The position numbers were made by a program, and so were the translations under genes. A stretch of 64,000 bases of DNA. Source: Thermoplasmatota archaeon. Its GTDB lineage: Archaea; Thermoplasmatota; E2; DHVEG-1. Shown here piece by piece: positions 10,372 through 20,465 of the stretch. The notes under the pieces were generated by a model. The model was not told where the DNA came from and searched no databases. It saw nothing but the letters and a program-made list of their open reading frames with translations. How positions within the stretch are numbered: position 1 is the stretch's first letter; the number at the start of each line of letters is the position of its first letter. Location: assembly GCA_046496795.1 (NCBI GenBank), contig JAWOGM010000054.1, positions 558 through 64,557 on the forward strand, written 5' to 3'.

Positions 10372-11796
10372 CTAAATAATATGAAAGAGCGATACTGATC
10401 TTACACCTAAAAATTTATTTATTCTTAAAGCGAGATTCTGTTTGGGCATTGTCACGGTAAGCTCTGCCCACTCACTTACAGCACCTAGGTTGTCTTTTGC
10501 TTTTGCACGTATCAAAAATGTCCCCTGCTCCCCCCAACTATGGGGAAGAACCATATTTTCTCCTGAATTAAACGGCCCCATCCATTCACTTGTTGTTGTA
10601 TCACCCCAATCCACAAGATAATAAATATCATCCCCTTCAGGATCAGTTGTCGTAAACGTATATTGATAATGCTTGCCTGCAGTCCCGTTTGTTTGGCCAG
10701 TAATCTGCGGAGGTAACGGAGGCATATTATCAAAAATCACCAGTGTTTTCACCCTGTATCCCTCAAGATTATTATAACCACAAGTAACAATTATTCCATC
10801 TGAACCAAATTCACCTTCAGTTACTGTATCGTCCTCAAAAAAAGGAGCTGTAATAGTTATCTCATAAAACCCATCATTATTAGTAGTGGTATCCCAACTA
10901 TCTGCAGTTCTAGGTAGGCAAATGGTAATATCGCCACCTGAAATTACATTATTGTATTCATCGGTAGCATACCCCGATATATGCACATCTTGACCAATAA
11001 ATGCTTTAGAAGGGACAATCTGTTGTGTTAGATGAATTGGTTGAATCGCATGAGAATAGGATTCCAGATATAAATCCATTTCAAAACCATTACTTTTCTG
11101 TCCTTGATCAACAACTGATTTAACAATGTTACCAACTTCAGGGGAATACCAAAAGGTATTTGAACCATATGTCACCGGGAAACACTCAAAATCACCTGCA
11201 GGAACACTAACAGTTTCTTTTTCTAAACATGAAATAATCACATTAAATTGTTCTGTACTAGAGTAATCCTCCTGGATAAAACCCTCTATTTCAAATGAAC
11301 CTGAAGTAATAATAGTTGAGCTTACCTGCCACTGCTCAGACACATGTAATGGAAAATCATACAGTTCAACAGGTGGAAATAACAGATTTAAATTAGCCAA
11401 GGTATATGACGGATTAATAAGCGGGATTTGTATAGTACCCGTAGAAATTATCTCTGTTTTTATCTCTGCAAGATCAGACATACGAATATAGCTAACACCC
11501 TGGATTACTCCATTGAGATTAGCAGAATACACATCCCAAGTAATAACACCGGAGATATCCCCGCTTATCCCCAATTCATAGACAACATAGCTTTCATCAC
11601 CATGAACAAGAGTAGTAATATCCACTACCTGTCGTTTAAAATTGTTAATAGCCCCAATAAACGAAAAATCATCTCCAATAAAGGAGACCGGATCTGCAGT
11701 ATATATCCATTCATCACCCAAATACCATGTTGGGATATCGCAACTGTTTTCTATCATCACAGAAGAATACAGTGCCCCGGTAGGGAAACAATACAT
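10372..11796 (-). CDS. Secreted protein with a C-terminal PKD domain
   Basis: PKD signature 'YQYTFTTTDPEGDDIYYLVDWGDTT...WGEQGTFLIRAKAKDNLGAVSEW'. A signal-peptide-like sequence (KKRQNVFAILLIFLLFS) lies in frame upstream of the tracked ATG, so the true start is probably further 5' and non-ATG. Confidence 0.55.
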   Translation of the reverse strand: MYCFPTGALYSSVMIENSCDIPTWYLGDEWIYTADPVSFIGDDFSFIGAINNFKRQVVDITTLVHGDESYVVYELGISGDISGVITWDVYSANLNGVIQGVSYIRMSDLAEIKTEIISTGTIQIPLINPSYTLANLNLLFPPVELYDFPLHVSEQWQVSSTIITSGSFEIEGFIQEDYSSTEQFNVIISCLEKETVSVPAGDFECFPVTYGSNTFWYSPEVGNIVKSVVDQGQKSNGFEMDLYLESYSHAIQPIHLTQQIVPSKAFIGQDVHISGYATDEYNNVISGGDITICLPRTADSWDTTTNNDGFYEITITAPFFEDDTVTEGEFGSDGIIVTCGYNNLEGYRVKTLVIFDNMPPLPPQITGQTNGTAGKHYQYTFTTTDPEGDDIYYLVDWGDTTTSEWMGPFNSGENMVLPHSWGEQGTFLIRAKAKDNLGAVSEWAELTVTMPKQNLALRINKFLGVRSVSLFHII

Positions 11797-11999
11797 GCTG
11801 AAGAGTAAAAAAATTAGTAGGATCGCAAATACATTTTGTCGTTTCTTTATGATAATTCCTCCCGTTTTAACGATAATAATATGATGATCTATATATAAAT
11901 CTTTGTTGTTTTTCTAAAGATTCTTTTCAAGAGATATATCAGACAGTAATCTATCAGTTAAAAAATAGAAAAGAGAGCTTATATCATTAGAGAACAGGG

Positions 12000-13448
12000 T
12001 TATATCTGTTGTAATATTTGTAGAATAAACTTGTAGAATTCATTCACAGTACTGATATGAACCTGTTCCTCAGGAGAATGTGGATATTTAATAGTTGGTC
12101 CAATAGAGACCATATCCATGCCGGGAAATTTCTCACCGATAATACCACATTCAAGACCTGCGTGAATTGCTTCGACAACAGGCTCTTTATGATACTTCTC
12201 TTTATAGATTTTTTTTGAAAGATTTAAAATTTTGGAATCCAAATTAGGCTTCCAACCAGGATATGGCTCCTCCTCAGAAACCTCTGCTCCTGCAAGTGTC
12301 GCAGCAGCTTTAATTCGATCACGAAAGTCCTGTAAAGCAGACATAATTGAACTGCGAGAACTCAGACCAATATGAACAACATCGTCTTTTACTACTACTG
12401 TCGCAAGATTTGTTGATGTTTCAACAAGTCCTTTGATATCATAACTCATTTTATCAACACCGTGGGGAAGAGCATGAAGCAAATTCAACACCGTATTCTG
12501 GGATTTCTTATCAAAAACAGAAGAAATCGCTTCGCCCTGCTTAATTTCGACGGACAAATTTGGATCAATAGGTTTAATTTCATCAAGAATGTCTTTTCCT
12601 TGGGTTTTAATATGTGATGTGAAATCACTAACTTGTTTTTTATTAATTAACACCGTTGCATATGCCTCTCGAGGTATGGCGTTATGTTTATCTCCGCCTT
12701 TTATGTTAGCAAGATGGAACTCAAAGCTTTTTGATGCCTTCCAAAGCAGACGAGATAAAACCTTTATTGCATTTCCTCTCTGCTCATGAGCATCAACACC
12801 GGAATGACCGCCACGTAACCCAGAGATATTAACTACAAGACTAGCTAGATCATCTGAAATCCTCTGTCTTTTTATAGGTAACTTAATTTTTGAATCACCA
12901 CCACCAGCACAGCCAACGGTCAGCACGCCCCAATCCTCACTATCAAGATTTAACAAAATTTTACCTTTGAGCATATCTGACTTCAACGCAAAAGCACCAG
13001 TCAATCCTGTTTCCTCATCAATGGTAAAAAGACATTCCAACGGACCATGTTTTAAGGCGGTATCTTCCAAAATTGCAAGAGATGCTGCTACACCAATACC
13101 ATTATCAGCACCTAATGTTGTCCCATCAGCCGCAAGAACATCACCATCACGTTTCAACTGTATAGCATCCTTTGAAAAATCAAAATTGACATCACTGTTT
13201 TTTTCACACACCATATCCAGATGACCCTGTAAAATAACAATAGGTTTTTTTTCCATCCCGGATGTTCCAGGTTTTGATATGACAATATTACCAATATCAT
13301 CAGTCTTATACCTTAGTTTATGAGTTTTAGCGAAATCTTCAACATATTTTCGTATTTTTTCTTCATGTTTTGAACAACGAGGGATTTTTCTTATTTCATC
13401 AAAATGTTTCCAAACAGCCTTAGGTTCAAGATTTGTAATAACTGACAT
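12000..13448 (-). CDS. pepD: Aminoacyl-histidine dipeptidase (Xaa-His dipeptidase), M20 family
   Basis: N-terminal 'LEPKAVWKHFDEIRKIPRCSKHEEKIRKYV' and 'GHLDMV', 'TLGADNGIGVA', 'DEETG' motifs typical of PepD. Length 482 aa. Confidence 0.8.
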   Translation of the reverse strand: MSVITNLEPKAVWKHFDEIRKIPRCSKHEEKIRKYVEDFAKTHKLRYKTDDIGNIVISKPGTSGMEKKPIVILQGHLDMVCEKNSDVNFDFSKDAIQLKRDGDVLAADGTTLGADNGIGVAASLAILEDTALKHGPLECLFTIDEETGLTGAFALKSDMLKGKILLNLDSEDWGVLTVGCAGGGDSKIKLPIKRQRISDDLASLVVNISGLRGGHSGVDAHEQRGNAIKVLSRLLWKASKSFEFHLANIKGGDKHNAIPREAYATVLINKKQVSDFTSHIKTQGKDILDEIKPIDPNLSVEIKQGEAISSVFDKKSQNTVLNLLHALPHGVDKMSYDIKGLVETSTNLATVVVKDDVVHIGLSSRSSIMSALQDFRDRIKAAATLAGAEVSEEEPYPGWKPNLDSKILNLSKKIYKEKYHKEPVVEAIHAGLECGIIGEKFPGMDMVSIGPTIKYPHSPEEQVHISTVNEFYKFILQILQQI

Positions 13449-13585
13449 ATATCAAATTACCTCCCTAATAGAGAAAATCAGACAAGTAATATTGCCCTTA
13501 CATAAAAGATTTCCCACAAAATCCTTTAAATAATAGCCATACTATTAACCAAAAAAAACAGATTATTTGGAGGCAATGATTTTTT

Positions 13586-14371
13586 ATGGACTGGGGAATG
13601 AAAAACCGGATAAACAAAATAATCAATCCAAAAGATGGTCATACGGTAATGCTTGCTGTGGATCACGGATATTTTATGGGGCCAACCACAGGACTTGAGA
13701 ACATAAAAACTGTGACAGATCCGCTAATAAAATATGCAGATACGCTCATGCTTACCAGAGGTGCGCTTCGAAATTATATCGATCCTAAAACAACTATCCC
13801 AATAGTATTGCGTGTATCTGGTGGTACAAGTATTCTTAATGAAAACAACTTACTTCATGAAGGTATCGCCGTTGATATAGAGGATGCAATCAGGCTTAAT
13901 GCATCAGGAGTTGCGTTTTCTATTCTCGTCGGGCAAAGCTTTGAGCGAGATACAATTCTAGGAATGACGCAGTATATTGATAAATGCGAGCGTTATGGAA
14001 TACCAGTTCTTGCTGTGACTGCAGTGGGAAAAGGACTTGGCAAAGACGCGAAATATCTTTCTCTTGCAAGTAGAATGGCTGCAGAACTTGGTGCGCATAT
14101 TGTTAAAACATACTACTGCGAAAATTTTGAACGAGTAGTAGAAACCTGTCCTGTACCAATCGTTATTGCAGGTGGAAAAAAGATCCCTGAAAAAGAGTCA
14201 CTTCAAATGGCATATAATGCATTACAGTCAGGTGCCATAGGGGTAGATATGGGAAGAAACGTATTTCAGAGTACAAATCCAGTTGGAATGATAAAAGCAG
14301 TACAAGCAATTGTTCACAAGAAATATACCGCAAAAGAAGCGTATGAATTATTCACATCCTATAAGAAATAG
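13586..14371 (+). CDS. Class I fructose-bisphosphate aldolase family protein (DhnA/FbaB/ADH-synthase type)
   Basis: The 'KDGHTVMLAVDHG' TIM-barrel start and 'VKTYY' Schiff-base lysine region are typical of the archaeal DhnA family. Length 261 aa. Confidence 0.65.
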   Translation: MDWGMKNRINKIINPKDGHTVMLAVDHGYFMGPTTGLENIKTVTDPLIKYADTLMLTRGALRNYIDPKTTIPIVLRVSGGTSILNENNLLHEGIAVDIEDAIRLNASGVAFSILVGQSFERDTILGMTQYIDKCERYGIPVLAVTAVGKGLGKDAKYLSLASRMAAELGAHIVKTYYCENFERVVETCPVPIVIAGGKKIPEKESLQMAYNALQSGAIGVDMGRNVFQSTNPVGMIKAVQAIVHKKYTAKEAYELFTSYKK

Positions 14372-14429
14372 ATTTAAATAAAGCATAATGTTAATGGGCG
14401 ATAAAACAAAAATAATGAGGTAAGATAAA

Positions 14430-14987
14430 ATGATACTATTGATAGGTATATTTGTAATAATCCTTGTAGTATTTTTCCTGCTGATATACTGGGGATTTTT
14501 CAACAGAATCATCCGTATGGAAAACAGGATAGATAACAGCTGGGCGCAAATCGATGTACAACTCAAAAGAAGAGCAGATTTGATACCAAATCTCATCGAG
14601 GCAGTAAAAGGATATATGGTCCATGAAAGACAAGTACTTGAGAATGTAACTAAAGCACGCTCAGCATTAATTAACGCAAAAACACCACAAGAAAACATTG
14701 ATGCAGATAATATGCTTACCGGGGCATTAAAAACACTGTTTGCCGTATCAGAAAACTATCCAGACCTCAAAGCAAATCAAAACTTTCTAAACCTTCAAGA
14801 TGAACTAACAAACACAGAAAACAAAGTTGCATATTCTCGCCAGCATTACAACGACTCAGTACTTGCATATAACAATACTATTGAAACATTTCCAGGGCTT
14901 TGGTTTGCAAAAAGAATGGGTAAAAAACCCCGTGATATGCTTCAAATCCCAGAAGCAGATCGTGCTGTACCAAAAGTAAAATTCTAA
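14430..14987 (+). CDS. lemA: LemA family protein
   Basis: N-terminal TM helix, then 'NRIIRMENRIDNSWAQIDVQLKRRADLIPNLIEAVKGY...ENYPDLKANQNFLNLQDEL', which is diagnostic of LemA. Confidence 0.85.
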   Translation: MILLIGIFVIILVVFFLLIYWGFFNRIIRMENRIDNSWAQIDVQLKRRADLIPNLIEAVKGYMVHERQVLENVTKARSALINAKTPQENIDADNMLTGALKTLFAVSENYPDLKANQNFLNLQDELTNTENKVAYSRQHYNDSVLAYNNTIETFPGLWFAKRMGKKPRDMLQIPEADRAVPKVKF

Positions 14988-15013
14988 AACCCATTTTTTT
15001 CTTTTGATTTCCC

Positions 15014-15925
15014 ATGACAAAAAAAATGCTTGTAGAAGATCATATTCGAAGAAATAAAAGAAATACAGTGATAGTGTGTACACTTATGGCCTTATTATTC
15101 ATCGTAGTAGTCTTTGCAATAGGATACATATTTTACCCTGCTAATCCAATGATAGCACTTATTTTTGCATTACCGATAGCACTTGTTTATGTTGGGGTGA
15201 CATATTCTTTTTCCGTTCAAGCAGTGCTTTCTGCTGCAAAAGCACGACCTGCAAACCCGAGACATCGTGAAGAAAAACTACTCATGCATCGTGTGGAAGA
15301 AATGAGTATTGCATCTGGTCTTCCCATTCCAAAAGTATATGTCCAAGACTCAGAATATATTAACGCCTTTGCAACAGGAAAAAACCTTGAAAACTCTGTT
15401 GTCTGCGTTACAACAGGTGCTCTTAAAAAACTTAATCAGGAGGAACTTACCGGAGTGATTGCTCATGAAATGAGCCATATCAAAAACTATGATATCCGCC
15501 TTGCTACTGTTACGATAGGTGTTGTTGGTGCAATCGCTCTTTTATCACAAATCCTTTTTTATTCGCTTTTTTGGGGAGGTGCAGGACAAGGACGTGGGAG
15601 AAACCAGGGTAATGCGATTTTAATGTTGATTGCAATCCTTTTTGTAATCCTAGCTCCAATCTTTGCAAGACTTACCTATCTAGCAATATCAAGAAAACGA
15701 GAGTATTTAGCTGATTCAAGCGGTGCTCATATGTCTCGTAATCCTGAAGGGCTTGCAAAAGCACTTGAAAAAATAAGACAAGATTCACCTAGAACACGAC
15801 CAGAAGGTTCAAAGACCGTTGCTCCTCTTTATATTGCAAACCCTTTCAAAGGCACATCAAGAAATTCTGTTTGGTCAACACATCCTCCAATTGAAGAAAG
15901 GATAAAACGGCTTAGATCAATGTAG
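15014..15925 (+). CDS. htpX: HtpX-like M48 zinc metalloprotease (membrane)
   Basis: HExxH motif 'AHEMSHIKNYD', four hydrophobic segments, and a C-terminal 'WSTHPPIEERIKRL' typical of HtpX. Confidence 0.8.
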   Translation: MTKKMLVEDHIRRNKRNTVIVCTLMALLFIVVVFAIGYIFYPANPMIALIFALPIALVYVGVTYSFSVQAVLSAAKARPANPRHREEKLLMHRVEEMSIASGLPIPKVYVQDSEYINAFATGKNLENSVVCVTTGALKKLNQEELTGVIAHEMSHIKNYDIRLATVTIGVVGAIALLSQILFYSLFWGGAGQGRGRNQGNAILMLIAILFVILAPIFARLTYLAISRKREYLADSSGAHMSRNPEGLAKALEKIRQDSPRTRPEGSKTVAPLYIANPFKGTSRNSVWSTHPPIEERIKRLRSM

Positions 15926-15968
15926 CCTGATATTCTTTATTTATGACTCTTTTATATAGATACTTAAG

Positions 15969-16451
15969 TTAACGTTCTGATAGAATTATTTTTTGTTTCT
16001 TTTTGATATCTAATTTTTTTGGAACATCAAGTTGTGCTTTAACATACCAATCGATTCTTGAACTCAAACCTGAAAGAATGCGAACAGCTGTAGCTGCTTG
16101 GCCCAGTTTACCATCTAATGTTGGATTTGTTTGTAAAACATCATCTGGTATTTTAATTTCAAAAGAGTATTGTTCATCCTGATATTCTTTCTCACCTGAG
16201 ATAGGAATTTTAAAATCAAAAACTTTAAACGTACTGGTATGCCTGCTATGTCGATTTCTACCTGACATCATGGGTCCAACAGCAACACTACTTTGTCTGT
16301 CGACTCTGACTCCATAAAAAGAAACTTCAAGTTTTCTTGCAGAAGTTGGTTTTTTTAAATTTAACTTGACTTTTCCTGTTATTTTCTCTCCTGGGTTATA
16401 GTTATATTTATCTAGCATAAAAGTTATTTTTTCTGGCCCGAATAATCCCAT
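15969..16451 (-). CDS. Spo0M-like (arrestin-N-like beta-sandwich) protein
   Basis: The N-terminus 'MGLFGPEKITFMLDKYNYNPGEKITGKVKLNL' resembles the SpoOM family start (GxxxxKVDTxLDKxxYxPGExVxGxV). Confidence 0.4.
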   Translation of the reverse strand: MGLFGPEKITFMLDKYNYNPGEKITGKVKLNLKKPTSARKLEVSFYGVRVDRQSSVAVGPMMSGRNRHSRHTSTFKVFDFKIPISGEKEYQDEQYSFEIKIPDDVLQTNPTLDGKLGQAATAVRILSGLSSRIDWYVKAQLDVPKKLDIKKKQKIILSER

Positions 16452-16565
16452 TTTTTTCTCTCTCCTGAATACTATTTAATCACGATATTATTTGATTAAT
16501 AATAAAAACTTGTCTATTGTCTTTGGTAAAAGCTATTAAATAGTTCTCAATAACAGTGAGATAGC

Positions 16566-17600
16566 ATGAGAAAAATGAAAGTTGCTATGTATTATAATAA
16601 CCATGATGTTCGAATAGAGAAACAAGACATCCCCGCAATATCAGATAATGAGCTATTGGTAAAAGTAATCGCAAGCGGTGTATGCGGCTCAGATGTCATG
16701 GAATGGTATCGGTTAAAAAAAGCACCTCTTGTATTAGGACATGAGATAGCGGGGATTGTTGAAAAAACAGGTAAAAATGTTACAAAATTCAAAAAAGGAG
16801 ATAGAGTTTTTGTTACGCATCACGTACCCTGCAATACCTGCGATTTTTGTAAGAAAGATCAACAAACCCTATGTCATACGCTTCATTCAACAAAATTTTA
16901 CCCAGGTGGTTTTGCTCAATATATACGCGTACCAGAAATCAATATTAGGTTTGGAACATTTAAACTGCCAGACAATGTCTCCTTTGATGAAGGAACATTT
17001 ATTGAACCTTTAGCATGTGCAGTAAGAGGTTTTAGAGTTGGAGAATATAGAAAAGGGCAATCAGTTCTTGTTCTAGGATCTGGTATGGCCGGTCTTCTCA
17101 ATATTAAACTTGCAAAAGCATATGGTGCTAAAAAAATATTTGCAACAGATATAGACAAATATAGACTTGATCTTGCTAAGAAAATAGGTGCAGATGTTGT
17201 AATACATGCAAAAGAGGATATAGTGGAACAAATAAAGAAAAACAACAATGAATGTCTTGTTGATTTTGTAATACTATGTGCAGGAGTTTCATCAGCTGTG
17301 AAACAAGCAATAGACTCAGTTGATTATGGAGGGACAATTCTATGGTTTGCAATGACGCCACCTGGAATCGAGATCCCCATTCCTTTTTTTGATCTCTGGA
17401 ATAAACAGGTAAAAACAATTTCAACCTATGCAGGAGCAGGAAAAGATATTACAGAAGCGATAAAACTAATTGAAACACAAAAAATAACCACACAAGACTT
17501 GATAAGCCATAAATTACCAATGAATCAAACACCTAAAGCATTCAAACTTGTCGCAGAGGCAAAACAATCAATGAAGGTTATTGTTGAGCCTCATCAATAA
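16566..17600 (+). CDS. Zinc-dependent alcohol/threonine/sorbitol dehydrogenase (MDR superfamily)
   Basis: Catalytic Zn motif 'GVCGSDVMEW...GHEIAG'. Structural Zn Cys cluster 'CNTCDFCKKDQQTLC'. Rossmann fold 'VLGSGMAGL'. Confidence 0.8.
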   Translation: MRKMKVAMYYNNHDVRIEKQDIPAISDNELLVKVIASGVCGSDVMEWYRLKKAPLVLGHEIAGIVEKTGKNVTKFKKGDRVFVTHHVPCNTCDFCKKDQQTLCHTLHSTKFYPGGFAQYIRVPEINIRFGTFKLPDNVSFDEGTFIEPLACAVRGFRVGEYRKGQSVLVLGSGMAGLLNIKLAKAYGAKKIFATDIDKYRLDLAKKIGADVVIHAKEDIVEQIKKNNNECLVDFVILCAGVSSAVKQAIDSVDYGGTILWFAMTPPGIEIPIPFFDLWNKQVKTISTYAGAGKDITEAIKLIETQKITTQDLISHKLPMNQTPKAFKLVAEAKQSMKVIVEPHQ

Positions 17601-17742
17601 CATAAAATCACATCGTTTTTGTAGTTTAAGAAGTATTCACGTAAAACAGTATTTCTTACCGTTAATGATAATTTTTAGGTTTAAAAAAGATGGAAAAGAG
17701 GTATAAGTTTTTTATGGATAATTTGTTACACGTATTGTCCTT

Positions 17743-18630
17743 ATGAAAAAAACAAAAGCAATCTGGCAGCTCATGCGTCTTGAACATGGTATAATGATTT
17801 TTTTAGGAATATTAATAGGTTCGGTTATTGCATTAGGGGGCAAAGGCATTCCTTCATGGGATAAATTTATTCTCACGTTTTTTACTGCTTTGTTTTTAGA
17901 GGCAAGCACGTTTGCATTAAATGATTATTTCGATTATGAAATAGATAAAAAAAATCAGCGATATGACCGGCCTCTTGTGCGAGGGGACATTCAACCAAAA
18001 ACAGCCCTTTATTTATTTATAATTTTTTATCCTCTAGGGATTATTTGTGCATATTTTGTTAATATTGTTTGTTTTTTAATAGCGTTATTTACTGCTGTTT
18101 TTGCTGTTTTATATGATTCTCATATGAAACGTGTAAAATTTCTTGGTAATTTTTATGTTGCATATACCATGGCTATTCCTTTTGTTTTTGGAGGAGCTGC
18201 AGTACTTGAAGAAAACATATTAGCTTTAGATATTCACCCTGCAATTTTTATTATCGCCCTTATCGCTTTTTTTGCAGGATCGGGCAGAGAAATAATGAAA
18301 GATGTCCAGGATTACGAAGGAGATAAAGAAAAAGGAGTTCGATCGTTTCCAAAATATATTGGGAAAAGAAAATCAAATATGCTTGCAGCATTTTTTTATA
18401 TTATCGCTATAGCGTTAAGTTTTCTTCCCTTTTTTATGCAGCAGTATACAATCTATTATATGAATTTTGCATATTTAGTACCAATTTTATTGTGTGATAA
18501 TATGTTGCTTACAACTGCGCTTCAATTAATTTTCAAAGATGACCCAGATATGAAGTTGTATCGTAAAATTACACTGCTTGCTATTTTTATTGGACTTGTT
18601 GGTTTTCTATTAGGAGCGTTTCTAAGGTGA
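17743..18630 (+). CDS. UbiA-family prenyltransferase (candidate digeranylgeranylglyceryl phosphate synthase)
   Basis: 'LNDYFDYEIDKKNQRYDRPL' carries the NDxxDxxxD Asp-rich motif. A second Asp-rich region 'KDVQDYEGDKEKG' is also present. About 8 TM helices. Confidence 0.7.
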   Translation: MKKTKAIWQLMRLEHGIMIFLGILIGSVIALGGKGIPSWDKFILTFFTALFLEASTFALNDYFDYEIDKKNQRYDRPLVRGDIQPKTALYLFIIFYPLGIICAYFVNIVCFLIALFTAVFAVLYDSHMKRVKFLGNFYVAYTMAIPFVFGGAAVLEENILALDIHPAIFIIALIAFFAGSGREIMKDVQDYEGDKEKGVRSFPKYIGKRKSNMLAAFFYIIAIALSFLPFFMQQYTIYYMNFAYLVPILLCDNMLLTTALQLIFKDDPDMKLYRKITLLAIFIGLVGFLLGAFLR

Positions 18631-18634
18631 TCTA

Positions 18635-19327
18635 ATGCAATATATTACCGATATCATAGGGGTTTTAGTGGTGTATATCTATGTCGCTGTTCTCTTAATC
18701 GTCACGGAAAAAATAATTGGAAAAAAATATCCTCTTATGAGTAGAAAAATACTTCATATTATGGTTGGAAATATTGCTTTTTTATTGCCTATCTTTCAAA
18801 CAAAGGAGATTATGGTATTTATCGCAGCTGGGCCATTCATTCTTTTTACCTATTTAATGTGTCCATATTCACCTATTCGTTCAATGAGAGGTAAGACATC
18901 TGAGGCAGGTCATGGTTTAGGGCTTGTATATTACGCAATTACCTGGATGATTCTATCCTATATCTTTTTTGATGATAAAGTAATAATTGCTATTGGGATA
19001 CTATCAATGTCTTATGGAGATGGATTTGCCTCTGTTATTGGATTGAAATATGGGAAAAACATCTATACAGTTTTTAATGATAAAAAAAGTTTTGAAGGCT
19101 CTATTGCTATGTTTATTTTTACCTTTGTTTTAATTATTATTGCTTTACTTTATTATAGCATACCGCTCTCTTCTACAATAATAGTTATTTTACTTGTCAT
19201 TTCTTTATTGGTCGCAATAATCGAAGGATGTACACCAAAAGGACTTGATAATTTATCAGTCCCCTTTGCAGCAGTATTTATCTACTGGTTGTTTTTGGAA
19301 TATAATATATTGGGGGCAATACTATGA
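18635..19327 (+). CDS. CTP-dependent polyprenol/dolichol kinase-like membrane protein (CTP_transf_1 superfamily)
   Basis: C-terminal 'YGDGFASVIGLKYG...KSFEGSIAMF' matches the dolichol kinase/CdsA-family catalytic region. It is multi-pass and its stop overlaps the next start. Confidence 0.5.
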   Translation: MQYITDIIGVLVVYIYVAVLLIVTEKIIGKKYPLMSRKILHIMVGNIAFLLPIFQTKEIMVFIAAGPFILFTYLMCPYSPIRSMRGKTSEAGHGLGLVYYAITWMILSYIFFDDKVIIAIGILSMSYGDGFASVIGLKYGKNIYTVFNDKKSFEGSIAMFIFTFVLIIIALLYYSIPLSSTIIVILLVISLLVAIIEGCTPKGLDNLSVPFAAVFIYWLFLEYNILGAIL

Positions 19328-19899
19328 GATTAATTGTTGTTGATGGGTTAGATGGTGTTGGAAAAGATACCCATGCATTGCTTATAAGAAAAAGATATGA
19401 AGACAAAGGAGAACGTGTTGTTCTTCGATCCCATCCTGAATCTGATAATTATTTTGGAAGAAAAGCAAAAAAGGCTCTCTTAGGCGCCGGGAAAATTAAT
19501 CGTCTTATTGCCTCAATTTTTTATGCACTTGATGTTCTTCGTTCATTACGGCTTTACTACCGCCCCGATCAATATGATACAATTATTATTGTTCGTTATC
19601 TTATGGGAACAGCATATCTTCCAAGATCACTTGGACAATTCACATATTCCATTTTTAAGAAATTTGTTCCCACCTCGGATTATATGTTTTTCTTAGATGC
19701 TGAGCCGGAGGAATTGCTTCAGCGTATTTCTCTAAGATCAGAAAAAGAAATGTTTGAAACTCATGAAGCGCTTGTACGAGTGAGAAAAAAAGCTATTGAT
19801 TTAGCTAAGGGGTGGAATATTATTGATACAATGCAACCGATTGAAGATACCTTTTCGCGTATTGAGAAAGTATTAGATGTATTAGATTTAAAAACCTAG
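19324..19899 (+). CDS. Thymidylate-kinase-like P-loop kinase
   Basis: Walker A 'VVDGLDGVGKDTH'. 'VRYLMGTAY' resembles the DRYxxSxxAYQ box and 'LDAEPEELLQRI' the lid/LDxxPE box of the dTMP kinase family. Start overlaps the upstream stop (ATGA-type). Confidence 0.5.
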   Translation: MRLIVVDGLDGVGKDTHALLIRKRYEDKGERVVLRSHPESDNYFGRKAKKALLGAGKINRLIASIFYALDVLRSLRLYYRPDQYDTIIIVRYLMGTAYLPRSLGQFTYSIFKKFVPTSDYMFFLDAEPEELLQRISLRSEKEMFETHEALVRVRKKAIDLAKGWNIIDTMQPIEDTFSRIEKVLDVLDLKT

Positions 19900-20056
19900 A
19901 TGACGTCTGTCATCAAATAAATAATAATTTTTATTATTATTTTTTCTATTTTAATAATAAAATATTTATACCATTAAATCAATATAATTATACTGGATGG
20001 GGAACTAACTTTTCTCTCTCCTCACCATCTCCTCCACATTTCCCCATCCAACATTT

Positions 20057-20464
20057 TCAACAAACCAATTTTTTGACCAATTCAGCAAAACAAGGAACTG
20101 TATTTACCGTGCTAACATCTGAAGGTTTTACCCATAAAAAATCAGTATGTTCCCAATTAAGAGTAATTTTATCTCTATCGTTTATCTGAAACAAAAAAGG
20201 GTGAACTATCCACTCATACAATTTACCTTCATAATTATCTTCAAAAGAAAAAACATCTCCTCTTTTAACAAAAAAGAAATCTTGTTTATGCAATCCAACC
20301 TCTTCTTTAATTTCTTTTATTGCAGTCTGCAAAGCATCTTCATTATCCTCAATGTAACCAGTAACACCAATCCATAAACCACCATACGTAGCTACATCTA
20401 AACTACGTTTCAATACAAGTATTTTCCCTCTATTTTCCAATATGCAAGAAACAATATTTGCCAT
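20057..20464 (-). CDS. NUDIX hydrolase
   Basis: Nudix box 'GGLWIGVTGYIEDNEDALQTAIKEIKEEVGL' (Gx5Ex7REUxEExGU). Confidence 0.7.
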   Translation of the reverse strand: MANIVSCILENRGKILVLKRSLDVATYGGLWIGVTGYIEDNEDALQTAIKEIKEEVGLHKQDFFFVKRGDVFSFEDNYEGKLYEWIVHPFLFQINDRDKITLNWEHTDFLWVKPSDVSTVNTVPCFAELVKKLVC

Positions 20465-20465
20465 A

